DNA of 64,000 bases. Origin: Amoebidium appalachense. Taxonomy: Eukaryota; Protista; Ichthyosporea. The translations under genes were made by a program, and so were the position numbers. The notes below the pieces were generated by a model. That model did not search any database. It had not been told where the DNA came from and saw nothing but the letters and a program-made list of their open reading frames with translations. The stretch covers positions 1-64,000 of the forward strand of contig CAVNZM010000020.1 of NCBI GenBank assembly GCA_963693365.1. Reading direction: 5' to 3'. Shown here one piece after another: positions 62,075-64,000 of this stretch (its first letter is position 1; each line of letters starts with the position of its first letter).

Positions 62075-63445
62075 ATCGGGTTTGCCTTGGAGGTAGTGTT
62101 GACGGAATTTCCACATGGCCCGTTCAGGGTCCATGCCAATACGGTACTGGGCAACGGTGGTGAGCACGGAAGGGTCGATGTTCTGAATCATATGGAGCAG
62201 GAGGCAATTGCGGGCCTCCTTGAGCTCCGTGGTAGTGCCGTAGCCGTAGAAGGGGGGTTCACCGTCAACCGCGACGGTGGTAGGGGGGACGTAGTTGTCA
62301 GCAAGTACAACATCCACGAGTCGGACACCTTTAGTGCCGGTCATCATGCCGAGAAAAATGATTTCCCATTGAAAATAGGTGGTTTTGCTATCGGGACCAG
62401 TCTTCCCTTCACCTTTCCACATGGTTATTTTGTTTACACCAGTTTTGTTTGGATCCATGATTGAAAAACGATCGCTAGTTCTAGATGTGTGTAAGGAGCG
62501 TGCAAAAAGGCTGTATAACCTGTTAGATTGTATAAGTATTTGGGATGAAAGCAGAGACACAGTGGTGCAGTGTGAAAACACCACAGACACACACAACAAC
62601 AAAACACGGAACGATCGGAGCAGTGTACACAACAGACATCAATGTTTAGACACGACTGAACTGAATTTATTCTGATCTTCGAATAAATACCTGAAATTCC
62701 TCTAAGTCCAATCCATACATGATTTCCGACCAGTCGGAAATCAGATCTATCTCTAATAGAAACCAATCACTAAGAACCAATTGCTTTCAGAGAGATCCGG
62801 TACGCGGAGACGTACACGATAGGACACAGACACTAGTTAAGGTCAACTCGTGTCATCATCAAGGAAGTTCTAACCTATGAAATACTGCAAAGACTCAGAC
62901 ATATCACACTTAACCTAGATGATTGGTTAAAGCCCGGCAACACATGAAAACTAAAGTAAATTAATGAAGTCTAAACACACATGCTATTCTAAGTGTAGCC
63001 TAAGTGTGTTACCGTCCAATGAACACGTATTAAGTAACACAAATCTACCTAACATATATTAGTAGAAAAGAAATACGATTATACACATGAAGACAAGGAG
63101 AGAAAGAAAAGAAAATAAGGAAGGAGAAAGAGGAAGGAAAATAGAGCACAGATCAACAAACAAGATAGTAATAGCATAACTATAACTAGAGATATTTATG
63201 TACACACGAACATGTACACGTCTCTCCCTGAGTGGGTGGATCCGTGTACACACATATAAATATTCTAATCGATATTACAACACACGATTAAAGCCGATAC
63301 AACACGATTACAAGTATACAGGCATATTGGAGATCGATGCTACACTTTACATAATAGGAGTGTGGCATTTACACTAAGCATATGAACTGAAACATAACAC
63401 AAACTGAGAAGATCTTACCATATGTAAATACTACGTATTACAACA
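62075..63445 (-). mobile_element. Ty1/Copia element, family B copy 2 (5' LTR 62521-63445, PBS, 5' gag)
   Basis: Homologous to 1398-3359 without the TRIM; PBS GGTTATACAGCC; gag MDPNKTGVNK... broken at KPD. Confidence 0.9.
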
Positions 63446-63777
63446 AAGGGCCCAGGAGGCTTCAAGTTGTGATGCGCACTGGCTGCATGAAATTCGTAAA
63501 AGGGTCAATGTATTTTGATCAAATTTTAGCCTAAGAGGTGGACCCAGCAGCAGTTGCAATGTGCGGATGCAAGCGGATCTCAGGCTGAGTGAGTGTCTCT
63601 GGTCTGCAGCCGTGGCCATATTAGGCGTCAATAAGTTTGTGCTTTGCTGCTGCGAAACAGTGTCTCCTCCATGGTCAACCCCTCCCCCTTCCGTCCCCCC
63701 CCCCCCCCCCCCCCCCCTCCCCTGCCTTAAATTTCCTGCCCTCGCGCGCGGGGCGAGCGCGCGCACACACATACATA

Positions 63778-63809
<32 letters not shown>

Positions 63810-63819
63810 ATACACATGT

Positions 63820-63876
<57 letters not shown>

Positions 63877-64000
63877 CACAGACACATGCATGTACACACA
63901 CAGTGTCCCACACACACACGAGACCACACCCAGAAATTATATACGATAGTAAACATACCAACAATCGAAAAAATATTAATAATATTAAAAAAGCAGGTGA

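Overview
Eukaryotic, repeat-rich (probably heterochromatic) DNA with spliceosomal introns and many poly-C/G and (CA)n tracts; no ordinary host gene could be identified with confidence. The flanks are nests of LTR retrotransposons (two Copia families, a solo LTR, a 571-bp TRIM, a chromodomain Gypsy, a non-autonomous Gypsy), plus a LINE RT fragment, a Plavaka-like transposase remnant and a 183-bp satellite with 5-mer higher-order structure. The centrepiece is a ~30.6-kb DNA transposon (19761-50332) bounded by 30-bp terminal inverted repeats and a shared subterminal motif. On the + strand it carries a spliced DDE/RNase-H-fold transposase (DUF7869/Sola-like motifs) with a C-terminal Tudor/SH3-like barrel. 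On the - strand it carries what appears to be one ~20-exon gene fusing a 2OG-Fe(II) dioxygenase, a ParB/Srx-like domain, a bacterial-type beta-class N6A/N4C DNA amino-methyltransferase, an OTU deubiquitinase and a duplicated unknown domain. Exon models were assembled by hand from GT-AG signals and frame continuity. Two junctions are unresolved and no target-site duplication is visible.
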